A stretch of 64,000 nt of DNA from Utricularia gibba (Eukaryota; Plantae; Magnoliophyta): NCBI GenBank assembly GCA_002189035.1, contig NEEC01000030.1, positions 124,001-188,000 of the forward strand. Direction: 5' to 3'. The notes under the pieces were generated by a model. That model was not told where the DNA came from, did not search any database, and saw nothing but the letters and a program-made list of their open reading frames with translations. Positions within the stretch are counted from its first letter, which is position 1. Each line of letters opens with the position of its first letter. Below, piece by piece: positions 1 through 11,988 of the stretch. The translations under genes and the position numbers were made by a program.

Positions 1-2350
1 GTGCCATGACTTCGAGGAATGGAAAAGAGAAAACTGGACGAGAATTGGTCTAAACTAAGACTAAGGATAACGAGATAGATGATTACGAAGTTGTCATGCA
101 AAGTGAAAACGAAGTTTAAGTACTTCTAGAACCTATCATGGTGAAGGTGACCCAACCTCCTTTTCCAGGAAGGCTGAAGTTGAGAGAAGAGCAAAACGAA
201 AAGGAGAAAATGTTTAAAGCATTGGGAAACACGAAGTTGAATTTAACCCTCTTGGAGTATATTAATCTTGTGCCAAAGAGTGTTAAATATTTGAAGTAGC
301 TATGTATGTCTAAACCCAAGCTCAAAGAGAAGGGAAAGGTGAGATTGAGTGAAAGGTGCTCAGTGCTTCTCACATGTACGTTTGTGCATCAAAAGAGCTA
401 TGTTAGACATTGGTGCTTCTATAAATATCATGCCAAATTCTGTCTATCACTTAAGTTGGGACCTTTGCAAACATCGGGTGTGTAAATTGAATTGGCAAAC
501 ATCGGGTGTGTAAATTGAATTGATTTCTCCCAAAGACTTGGTGGAGGATGTTTTAGTGAAAACTGAGCACTTGGTATTATTAATGTGAAGATGGTTTATA
601 TGGTGAGCATGTCCATTAGAGGATCAAAGGACATGACAATCATCTCAGGGAGACCATTTTTGAGCACTTCAAACGCTATCATTATGTGAAGATGGTGACG
701 ATTGAGCTTTCTTTTGATGAAGACAAAATCACACTCGACATGAAGAATGCGAAAATTATCCCATTGATTTTGAGAGCATTTGTGTAGTAGATATGATGTA
801 TGGACTCATTGAGGAGACTTGGAAAAAGAAATTTAGGAAAAAGAAGAGGCTCATGAAGAATCTCTACTTGCGAAACTAGAAGGTGAAGAAAAATTTGATC
901 AACTGAACGTGGTGCAAGCCAAGACTCAAGAAGAGAGGTTAGTTGAATCGAAACCATTGCCTACTCATTTAAAATATGTTTTTCTTGATGCAGAGTTCAT
1001 GAACCCTGTTTTCATTTCCATTGGTCTAAGCTTAGACCAAGAGTCACGACTTCTCGAAGTGCTGAACAGAAACAGAAGGCAGTAGATTGGATGCTTGATG
1101 ACATTGAAGGGATATATGCTCATCCATATACATGCACAAAATTTTTCTACAGGATGGAGCTAAACTAGTTCATCAACCTCAAAGACACCTCAACCCAAAC
1201 ATGATGGAGGTGGTAAGAAAAGAAATTATTAAACTTAATGATGCAGGGATTATTTACTCTATCACAGATAATGAATATCTGAGCCCCATTCATGTTGTGC
1301 CAAAAAAGACTGAGATGACTATGGTGGAAAATGAGAGAGGCAAACTTGTTCCACAAAGGGTGCAAAATGGATGGCGCGTTTACATATATTACCAAAAATT
1401 AAATGAAGTGACAAAGAAAGACCATTATCCTTTGTCTTTTATTGATTAGATGATGGAAAAATTGGTTAGAAAATCATTTTATTGTTTTTTGGATGGATAT
1501 TCTAGATATAATCAAGCTCTTATTTTAGGACATGAACAAGATAAGACAGCCTTCATGTACTCATTTGGAACTTATGCTTATAGGAGGACGCCTTTCGAAT
1601 TGTGTAATGCCCCAGCTACATTTCAGAGGTGCATGACTAGTATTTTCTCCAATTTCAGTGAGGATTTTATTGAAATATTTATGGATTGAAAAGAACCTGG
1701 TTTTAAATTCTGAAAAATGTCATTTTATGGTGGACTATGAAATTGTTTTAGGGCATGTGATTTCTAAAAAGGGAATTGAAGTGGATAAAGCGAAAATTGA
1801 GATTATGTCTAAGCTTCCTTATCCTATTTATATAAAAGGTATTAGATCATTTTTAGGACATGATTGTTTTTATATGAGATTTATTAAGAATTTTTCAAAA
1901 ATTGCTTTACCTCTTAGTAGGTTGTTGCATCATGATGTAGCCTTTGATTTTGATGATTCATGTAAGTATACTTTTAATTCTTTGAAAAAGGCTATTACTA
2001 CTACACCTATGATGCAACCACCTGATTAGAGGTATAATTTTGAGATCATGTGTGATGCAAGTAATCATGATTTGGGTGCTATTTTGGGATAGAAAATTGA
2101 AGGGAAACACCATGTTACTTCTTATGCTTGAAAAACCTTGGACAGAAAAATTATACCATCTTTGAAAGGGATTTTTTTACTATTATTTTTGCCTTGGAAA
2201 AATTTTATTCTTATCTTTTACATAGCAAAGTGGTGGTATATAGTGATCATTCGGCGATGAAGCACTTGATGGAAAAAAAGGATTCCAAATCAGGACTTAT
2301 CAGATAGGTCCTTCTAGTTCAAGAGTTTGATGTTGAGATAAAGGACAGGC
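1..2350 (+). mobile_element. Athila-type Ty3/gypsy gag-pol remnant (protease, RT, RNase H); integrase absent; many stops and frameshifts
   Basis: RAMLDIGASINIMP protease motif near 395-440; ORFs 1132-1449, 1450-1689 and 1658-2029 give typical gypsy RT (DHYPLSFID, LDGYSRYNQ, FMD) and RT-RH connection; RNase H ends at EFDVEIKDR near 2340 and jumps to post-integrase sequence. Confidence 0.93.
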
Positions 2351-2759
2351 ATGGAAAGGAGATCTTTTATGAGAATGCTGACAACATGTTCACTAGGAAT
2401 GTGGAGATAATCAAGCTAATGGATGCACCAGAAATGTAGCCATACGAGAAGTCGGATCCAAGACTATAAACAAGGGCGCTTATGAGAGGCAGCCCATGGT
2501 TGAATTTTTATTATTTCTGCATTTTTATTTCTCTTTTAATATGTTTTTTTTTAGAATTTTTACCATATTTTGTGCTGTCGGGCAATGATGGACACTTAAC
2601 TTAGGGGAAGTTAACAGTAAGGAGTTACAAAAAATTAGACCGTTGAGGGAAGTGGGAAGTCGAACCAAAGGAAATGTTTTAAAAACCCCCAGTGTTCGAA
2701 ATGATATGGAGGAACAATTTCATTGTTCCTAATTTTACCCATTTGCTCTAGGATTTTTC

Positions 2760-5155
2760 TGCAAAAATTATAGTGGTAGAAACAAAATGTCTGCGACAAG
2801 AAGTGCAAGAAAGGCACAAAGGAGAGATTCACCCGGAAGAAAATGTAAGCGGAGCAACCAAAGGAAGGTGTTGGAGATGCAGAAGCGACAATCACCATTG
2901 CTCCAACACTAGAAGAAGGGGATCTACATGCTATTGCAACTGCAGAAGATTTGTGAGGCGTAGAGGTGATTCTTCAGGTAGCGGAGATGGGAGAACCCTG
3001 GGACAACACTGTTAAGTGTCATTTTCTTGTTATTTATTAGGTATTATTATGTGTTAATTATGTATTAAGTCACCCAATTAGAAATTATATGATAACTAAT
3101 TGATTTTCCTTAGAAAAATTCTATTTTTTTATTTTGCATATATTTTCTGTCTTTTTCCGTGCTTTTTGACCGAGACATGTCAGGAGATTGTCATGGAGTA
3201 TTGCAGGAGTAGTGCAGGTGGTCAGAGTCTGACTTTTTGTGCCTTGTACACGACTTAGAACAATTGTGGGTGGAAGACTGACATTCGTCAAGGCCCTTGA
3301 CTTACGACATGTCAGAGTCTGCAGCAATAATTGGGCGCTAACTTGCATGCAAAGGAAAGCTGCTGGCGCACGCAAGACAGAAGGAATGATGGGAAAGGAA
3401 CCCAAAGGAGTTAATGCACGTGGGAAGTGATATAAAAGCCACTTGGAGCACTTAGTTTCAGACTTTTGAACATTTTCTCTTGTACTTAAAACTTTTGAGT
3501 TCTTCCTCCCCTCCAATGAGGAAGAACACTAAGCTTCAATTTTCATTTCTATTTTCATGGCCCTTTGTGACTAAAACCCTTTAGTTTTTTGGAGAAGATG
3601 AAGTTTCCTTCCAAGTCTTGAGCAATACACTCGGTTCTTCGCTGAATTCAATTCGGATTCTGCATACTTCCACGCGTATTGTTGCAGTCTTTCTGTAACG
3701 ACTCTTAGTAAAGGTCCATGAGTAGTAGGCCACTCCTCGCGGATTTTGGTGAAGATCAAGGTGAAGAGCACCAACTCTAACCCTGTCAGTTCGAGGGAAG
3801 TAGCAGATTATTTGTGGCCTAGATACCGCGACAGTGGACAAGTTGTGACCTCGGACCTTCCACTGGCCATTGAAAACAGCTAGGCACACGCACGCAATTC
3901 GGTTTTAAAGGCAATCGAAGGCAATCCTCTTGTCTTCCTAATCGTCCAAGGGGGAATCACATGAGGCTATTCCCGTGCCTCCTTGTCAATCAGAGTGTAA
4001 GGGAGAGTAGACTATTCCTTGCTCCTATAACCAGCTATTCGGAAGAAATCAGTGAAAACTGAGGCAAGGATGGACAAATGAAGGAAATGGAATCTTATTC
4101 CCAAGAACTACGTACCGTAGTCAAGGTCCATCACTTAGGTTGTAACTTTTATTTTTTTCATCTTAAAAACCCCCTTTTGCAAAACCATGACATTTTGAGA
4201 AAGTTTCTTACAAACACTTTTCACGAAAAATAACTCCCTGAGATCGATACTTGTACTACGCTTTTTGTGTTTTACATTTTATAAATATTTAAAATTTGTT
4301 GTGGAAACGACACGCAACAAACACCAACTTAGAGCATATTAGGCTCCAACAAAGATTGAGGGACATGCATCAAAGTTACAAGAAGAGAAAAACACTAGTG
4401 AAAGAACCACCCATAGAACCACAAGTCCTAACTAAGAAGAAGAAAGGGAAGGGTAGGAAGAAAAAGCAAAGAACACCACTAGCCGAACCTGCCCCTCAAG
4501 AAGAAGATGTCACACTCAAGGAACAAACATTGCCTGTCCCAAAGAAAAATACTAAAAAATCTAGAGATGAAGCGGAGGCAATTGAGGAAGAATCGATTGC
4601 TAGAGATGAAGTTTTAATGGACACAAATGGGGGCGAAAATGAAGAAAATCAGAATAAAGAAATTGAGCATGCAGAGTAGGAAGAAGGGGAGCAATCATTA
4701 AGGAGTACTAGAGAAATGGAAAATGAAGATATAATTAAAAGAAATAAATTTTTAACTAAATTGGTGCCTTTGTACATGAAAGTAGGGAAGTTTGCACAAG
4801 AAAAGGAGAGATTTTAGAGGGAAATGACTCACAAGGGGATACCATATTTCAAGCACCGCACAGACATGTTGAACACCCAGTACTTGACCTTCATGGAAGA
4901 AACACATGCTGATCGTTATGGTGAGGTCAAAGGTGCAAAGGTAACACCTTGTTGTCATATTGATCATGAGATTCTAGTGGAGTTAGGAATAGTTGATAGA
5001 GTTTCTTCTATGTTTGCGAGCACAACATTCATGACTCTATTTGAGATGAAATTTCTTGCATACATCGAATTGTCTTATGAATTTGCTTCCACTTTTGTGT
5101 ATGAGATACCTGAAACTATCCTAGATTATGCTGCGATTTCTTTTAGATTGATGGG
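2760..5155 (+). pseudogene. Athila accessory (env-like / putative plant transposon protein) ORF, split by the solo LTR at 3010-4319 and truncated at 5155
   Basis: Basic/acidic N-terminal part (4296-4679), then 4824-5165 with LSYEFASTF...ISFRLMG, resembling the LVFEFYTT...ISFRLGG domain of the other Athila copy (34856-35380). Confidence 0.7.
3010..4319 (+). mobile_element. Solo LTR, Athila family A' (1310 bp), TSD AACAC
   Basis: Starts TGTTAAGTGTC, ends GACACGCAACA; AACAC at 3005-3009 and 4320-4324; collinear with 43163-44458. Confidence 0.95.
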
Positions 5156-6150
5156 TGATAAATGAAAAATTTACACGTCGTAAATGTAAATCTTCCTATC
5201 AAATAAATTTATAACCTAATACACATTCTAGCATAAAACAATTATGAGCATACTGATTAGGGTCGAACACGAAGAGCAGGTGCTTGCTATGTGAAAGTTA
5301 ATGCATGAAATCAGTATCACGTTGGTAAAATTGGTCTTAGCTAGGAATAAGACAGAACTATGATGGAATGCAATAAGGAAAAGCAACAAGTTTTGGGATT
5401 CGGTAGTTTCTGGAATGGAATGGGTGATGCCTTGGGACTCCTAGGGAATGCATGTCTATCACTAAACAAGCTCACATAAATCATAAATCATACAACTAAC
5501 TCACAAGATCTAAGTCTACCCGGATTCTTGTTTTTCCCCCTAATCTTTGGTCTACCTCTAATTAGGGTTGTTAAGTTGGGTTTCACTACTTCCCCTTCCT
5601 GGATCTATCCTGGTTTGTTAAGGAAGTGGTATGACTCATGGTTTATTAGATCTAAGGATTGATTAGCATATTTCTCCCCCTTTCACCCCCAAGGCACCCC
5701 TTATAAGTGCTTAGCCACTCACAACAAAGAAAAGAAAAACATTTTCATAGCATATCCTAAGCAACATTCTGGTTACAAATGCTAAACAACAACGAGCAGT
5801 ATATAGCAGTAGTAGGAAAGACAATTTGTTCACACAGGAAATCCAAATCTAGTCTTAGCTAGGCACAGTAAGTATCAAGAACGAAAATAAATCTCCAAAG
5901 AGAAGCTGCGTTCTTCTGGTTCGTCGCTCCCTTTCCTCTTCTATCCCAGAAAAATTCTCCAGAAACTTGTTCGTGAGTCTCCAAGGGGAGATCTGCCTTC
6001 TCTCTCCAACTTTTTCTGCTTTTGTTCAAAATCTCCCTTTTTTCCTCCTTGAATTTTGTGTGTACCACTTTTCAGACTTTTGGACTCATCTTCTGCCACT
6101 GCACTGTGCATATTCGGCTCCTTGGGATTTTTGTTGCGACCTGCACTACA
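5156..6150 (-). mobile_element. Partial LTR, Athila family B
   Basis: Reverse complement is collinear with the reconstructed LTR at 32530-32712 + 42908-43162 + 44459-45031; terminus TGATAAATG at 5156. Confidence 0.8.
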
Positions 6151-6229
6151 TTACTCGAATAAAACTATTAGAAGGTTGGGACTAAATCGTAGATTCATAA
6201 CTCATAACTCAAATTTTTGATCTCAAATG

Positions 6230-6658
6230 TTTCATAACTCATAACTCATAAATCTATGAAGTTATTAAAATGAGGACAATAGATATTAGTTCAAGATAGA
6301 ACATGTAGCTTCATAACTCAAATGTTTGATTTAGAGGTAGACCAACAAATCAAAACGAGGACAATAGATATTAGTTCAAGATAGAACCAATAGAATCGGG
6401 TAGACCTAGTTCTATATACTTTGTATGCGGGTAGACCTAATTGCAATGTTGGTGATGATATTGGGGCTATGTTAGTCGAAAACATGAAGAATTCTACATC
6501 TGCTAAAACACTTTGAAGGCACCAACTCCTTGTGATCCACCACGAATTTCACTTTACATTTTGTGTTTGATTTGTATTTTGTGAGGATTAGGAATTATAA
6601 GTTTATTTGATATGAAGATTTCATTTCTTGCAATGATTTTCAGAAATTTTGTTTACCA
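6230..6658 (+). mobile_element. 3' fragment of LTR, family C, with internal deletion and local duplications
   Basis: Matches 47230-47400 then 47660-47819; ends TTTACCA. Confidence 0.75.
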
Positions 6659-6664
6659 CACGCT

Positions 6665-7452
6665 TTGAAGCAGATAATTAAAGAAGGCTGGAAGATTGAG
6701 AATGGTTTCAGGGGTGGGTATCACCAAGCGCTAGAGACAAAGATCTTGAAACTCTGTCTTGGAACTAAAATCCATGCACACCCGCACATATCCAGTGAGG
6801 TGCATACATGGAAAAAAGACTACTACCTCCTTGTGGATTTTTTTTGCAAGGTCGCGCACCAGTTTCAGTGAGCTAACCAACATCGTAGATGTCGACGAGG
6901 AGATCTGGAAGGAGATTGACCAGCTACCTATCTCCTTATAGATGCATGTACTAAGATACAAAGCGTGGTCATATTACATGGAGTGGCAAGAAAACTTTGG
7001 AAAGGATCGAGCTATCGAATATAATATTATGGGCTTCGTAGGCGCAACCAAGAAGAGAAAATTCATCAAAGAGGCTGGTGAATATGTAGATACTTCTTCA
7101 GATTGTCACCTCGGAGAGTAGGGACTCTAACTCACACAATACCATCGACTCCTCGTGGTGATGGATGAAGCAAATAGAGGCTGAGGGGAAGTGATGATCA
7201 TATGTAGTTCTTTCACAAAATGCAGAAGTTGAATGTGTTGACATGCAAGTAGTTACGTCGCTTGAGGTTGACAGTTGTGCAGAAGGCACGAGAGTTGGTA
7301 GAGAACCAGCGTTAGGTAGGGGAGATCATCTACGTTTCTAGGATTTACCATAGCAAAGATGATTAGTTCCAACCCTACGAGGTTACGCTTCTATCTTGCA
7401 TCAAGTGATTGTGAAAGAGAACTCATTGTGCATAGTCTAGTTTTTGGCCTTA
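6665..7452 (+). pseudogene. Myb/SANT-like DNA-binding ORF of a PIF/Harbinger transposon (5' truncated, frameshifted)
   Basis: GWKIENGFRGGYHQALE...IHAHPHISS...WK and, after a frameshift, VDVDEEIWKE...YKAWSYYMEWQENFGKDRA; this fits the recalled plant Harbinger Myb consensus (W..F.KDRA). Confidence 0.85.
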
Positions 7453-7985
7453 GATCTTGAATCATCTGTGGGGTTTTTGTATTTTGGTGGACTTTGGGGA
7501 TGCTTGTATGCTTAACTTTTGTTACATCAGTCCACTTGTTAGTTTATGCACTGAAAGCTCTAGCTTGTAAGCAAATGCATATTATATTGCATATTGCGGT
7601 GTGTACCAAATATGAGTACATGTAGCTCGTATAAACAACACCACATTGAAGTGGGAAAGGTTGTGCGTACACTAGCATCCTCCTCGTAAGCACTATAGTA
7701 GAGGAAAAGCAGTGTTCCAACGTCGTCCTCATAAGCACTAATACGTACACATGGTGCTCCACATGATGGCAAAACACATTGTGGTGCTACATATGGAAGA
7801 GCACTGCATTGGCATCAACTGTTGTGCTATAATTAGCTAAAGCATTGCATATGGATCTACGTAGTGTAGTGGTCAGTTTTGGCACCAGATCTTAAGATAC
7901 TCGGTGCTTCTATAGTAGTTGTCCAACGTAACGACAAAGTTAGATTACAATAGTTCAAGCAATATCCATACAAATTAAAGTGACA

Positions 7986-8935
7986 TCATCTATCAAGTAA
8001 TAAACTTGTAATGCTTCCATAGGGGTGCTCCTCGTCTATCAGTTGTTGTTGACCTAGTCGTCGACGATCGATGAATGTGGGAACATCCATCTTGTCAATA
8101 AGTGCCTCTAGTAACATCCTGATATCACCCTCTCAAAGCAAGGAACAATCGTTGACCGAGGTGTACTTATAGGTGGTTGCTAACAGCCTTGGGTACTAGT
8201 AACCATTGGATAATATCGTACAAGTGTTACCTGAAACATGTTATCCAAACAATGGAACATCAGCATCGTGCATCCCCACCACATAATCACTGTACAGAGT
8301 TATCATCCTCTTGAAGACCAGAGCGAAATGTCAAAGTGTTCCATGCAAAACTGTATCAACTCTCGTGCCATTGGTTGGAGATACACTACAATAACGACAC
8401 AATTGAAACATGCTAATATTAAATTGATATCAAACTTCAAACAACTACATGGGGATGGATGGTCATAAATGACGGCATCCAGCCTCGAAGTTCCCAACAT
8501 AACATCCCCAAGATATACGATGTCCACAAGTATGTCATTCACATCGAATATTAATAACTTTCGTAGGGGAGATGCTTCATTGCTTGAATATCCACTGTAT
8601 GGCCACCTGCACTCATACCAAGCAAATCATCCATATGGTTCAAGATTCTCTGCATACAATTTCTCTAACTCGGAGTACTTTGTAGCGGCGACACCACACC
8701 GATTATCCAATGTCAAAAACAGCCTCGATGCATGGACTACATCCTCCACATCCTTGTTTGGTGTCTTGTGTTCTCTACGATGTCGAGGAGTTCCACACCA
8801 TAGATGTTGTGTCCTAGGTGCATTTACAAAAGGTGGGAAGATGTGCTCGAGTGACTTCGTTCTGATAGAGAAAAAATTTAAAAACTTCTTTGCTGCATGC
8901 TTTGGCCAAACCTCCAAACCTAAAACAACAACCAT
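7986..8935 (-). pseudogene. NIF/FCP1-homology (HAD superfamily) phosphatase-like gene remnant with intron(s)
   Basis: In-frame RKLLIFDVNDILVDI (about 8560-8516); GT-AG intron 8448-8386; YLQPMARELIQFCMEHFDISLWSSR; C-terminal EGDIRMLLEALIDKMDVPTFIDRRRLGQQQ. These match recalled motifs of the plant NIF-domain family. Several premature stops. Confidence 0.8.
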
Positions 8936-9699
8936 TTGATGTGCACAAATTTAGAATAATAAAGTACGTGCATGTGATTATCTGATGGCTCTCAAACATT
9001 CTATGACATTGTTATTCTTGCCGGCTATTGTGGATTGTTTGGTGGGCATACCCATACAAAGCTAGTCCATCAATCATCATATGTGCTTCTAACATCTATG
9101 ACAAGAACCATGCCTAGTTTACCATGTAGAGAATAGTGGGGGCTTCCCTTATATTGCACACACACAAAGATTGCAAAGAAGACATTCATTTTTGGGAGGT
9201 ATATCCTCCTATTGGAAGATCTGAAAAAACATGAGAAGATGTGTGACAGATTGCAGAGTCAAGTGCGAGAGTGGGATCGATAGTGCACCAAGAAAGGAGG
9301 TGGCGACACTCGCAACCCACAATGAAAGTGCTCGATGCTGATGGAGAATCCTAGTGCTCCAACTCTGGTCGATTGTTTGGAGTCACATTTTTATTTACCC
9401 CACATCATGTAACCATCAAGAATTGAGAAGCAGGAACATAATTTTTTATACGTCAACATCTATAAAAAAATAAGGCTGCATATTGTTTTGCCTACCATTG
9501 AGTAGCTCTTCAAACGACAACCATGGGCCACAGATGGTATCCCATGTATGTAGTGCTACTGCATATATGCTTGAAGAGGAAAAGAGATGTAAGAACATGA
9601 TTAATGAAGTCATTTTGGAAAGGGTGAAATGTCAGGCACTATTATTGTGTACAGGTGGGAATTTCTAGCCCACTGTAGTTAATGTTGGATAACTTCACC

Positions 9700-10410
9700 T
9701 TTAATCTCAATTTAAAAAAAAAAAAAAACAGAACATGGGACAACACAACATGCAATGCTGCTATGCATGTAGTATCCCATAGGGTTTCCAAAGCACCGGA
9801 TTTTACGGATCATAGTGTTTCGTCCAACAGTCCTCCATCTATTACCTTTCCATGGTAACCCGCACCAGAGTGGTAGTCTCTTACCATCATTAGACGCAAG
9901 CACTAGTTACCATGAATAACAGTGTTATGTGAACGTTTGCTCCTTGTAAATATGACCCTGCATCTGATATGTATGTATGTGGTGCTTGTTCACTCCATCT
10001 GATGCATACTAGATTCATCAAAAAATCCAATACCAACGTCACTATGAATTGACAATGGTCATTTAGGGAAAGCAATAATGCAACAACTAAAAGAAGGCCT
10101 ACCTGAAAGTGTTTGAACTTTTCTTCAGATACACATTCTCTTACTACCCGGATCTCCAATAGCACATCATGAGGACAAAGGACCACATGTAACACCTGTT
10201 GGAAGTACCTCCTCCTATAAATATACTTTTGCACCTAGATTCTTTTATGGTGATCTAAAATTTCTAAAAATATGTAAAACATCTCTAGAACCATAACATA
10301 TTTCCTAGCTCGTAAACGCAAACAATTCTCTAATAAGCTACATAAAATACCAAAAGCGTCTCATGTGATTCTCAAGTGATCAATAAGTGCTCTAGCACTC
10401 ACCAACCTAC
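9700..10410 (-). pseudogene. PIF/Harbinger transposase remnant
   Basis: DHLRIT*DAFGILCSLLE...VLEMFYIFLEILDHHKRI (10390-10240), FQQVLHVVLCPHDVLL...EKFKHF, and IRCFG...IACC near 9800-9740; convergent with the Myb ORF, a known PIF layout. The DDE core is too decayed to read. Confidence 0.75.
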
Positions 10411-11988
10411 TTATATACTCAACTTGTTTAGTAATTTTGTACGTAAGAGAATACCTGCACATTACCCTATATCTCACATGGTAATTTTTTCAATATAATT
10501 ATATTAACACATTCATTCCAATCAAGTATTCGGTTAATACCGCCACAGCCACACTCAAGATGACATAACTCTCATGGGAAAAATTCATGTCCCCTCAACA
10601 CTCCAAAAAATCAAACAAAAGAAATCCACACACATAGCACTACCTTCGTCAGTATTGGAAAATCAGCTAACACCACCACAAATGCATCGCCAGTAGACAA
10701 ACCCACCAATAGCAAAAAATACAAGTACCGAAAGACCCACCCCTCTGCACCCAATGTACATGAATGTACATGAATGAGACACTGCTAGCAATTCACAATG
10801 GTTACATCTGGTTTCTGGTAGATCTATGTTCAAATTTACAATAGTGATGGTAAAATTGGGAGTTGAACACTTGTATATCCATAAATCCACACAAAAACCC
10901 ACCAAAACTACCCACCTAAACGCACCTTTAGCGACATTGTTGCAGATTTCTCGTTTATGTTGTAAACCATGCCTCTATGATATTTTTCAATATACAAATT
11001 TTTCAATTTTGTTGAAATAATAACTATCATTTACATTCCAAGATATTATATTAAAAGTATAGTTACTTATAATATAAACATGTCACACGCTTTTACATTT
11101 TAAATCAGTTAGTATGATTTATAATATTTGAAAATTTGAAATAATTATTTACACATATCCAATTATCAATATAGTCATTTATATTATATTATATTATAAT
11201 TTCAAATAAATATATATTTTTTATTATTTATAAAAAAATATTTTTATAAATTACATTCTAAAACATATAAAAAAATATTTTGTTATAAACAAAAAAACAT
11301 CTCAATAAACATAATTTATTAAAATAAAAGACAAAAAAAAATAGAAGCAAGTGCGGTATATAACAAATACATTGTTTCCTAAATGTTGTAGTTAATGTAT
11401 TTCTCCATAATAAAATAAGTTGAATGATACAATCAAAATATGATATTTCGTAAGTGTTGTTGATAATTTCTGTGTCCATATCGAAATAAATTTGGTAGGA
11501 GTGTATCAAAAATTTAAATATACGATATATGCATTATTGTTACATTGCAAATATTTTCCATTGTAATCGCTATGATACAAAGAAAAGCCAAACCATTGGT
11601 ATTTACTAAAAGATTTTTTTGAGTCAGTGCTATATTGCAAATTTATCCCTCGATACTATTAATGATTTAACGATCGAATGATGATGCGTAATAAGTGCTC
11701 GAGCAAAATAATTCGTAAGAATAAAATGACATGTAACATAAGTTTTAAATAAGAAATAAACAAACATCCAAGCGTTAAACTTTATTTGCATCCAATGAAT
11801 TATAATATAAGTTTCAAATAAAAAAATATACACTCAAACCAAATAACATCTACATATCAAATGTCAAAATTATGACATAGTTACAAAGAGTATTTCATAA
11901 ACTATACTAAAAATAGGGTATCACAAACTGATTTTTGTGAAATGGTATGTCGCCCATTTGCATGATTCATTCACTTTTTTTTTTACCA

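Noticed and set aside
11040-11900. Very AT-rich tract with ORFs 11258-11509 and 11630-11833
   Set aside because: Low-complexity intergenic or transposon-terminal DNA; no TIR pair could be established for the adjacent PIF remnant.
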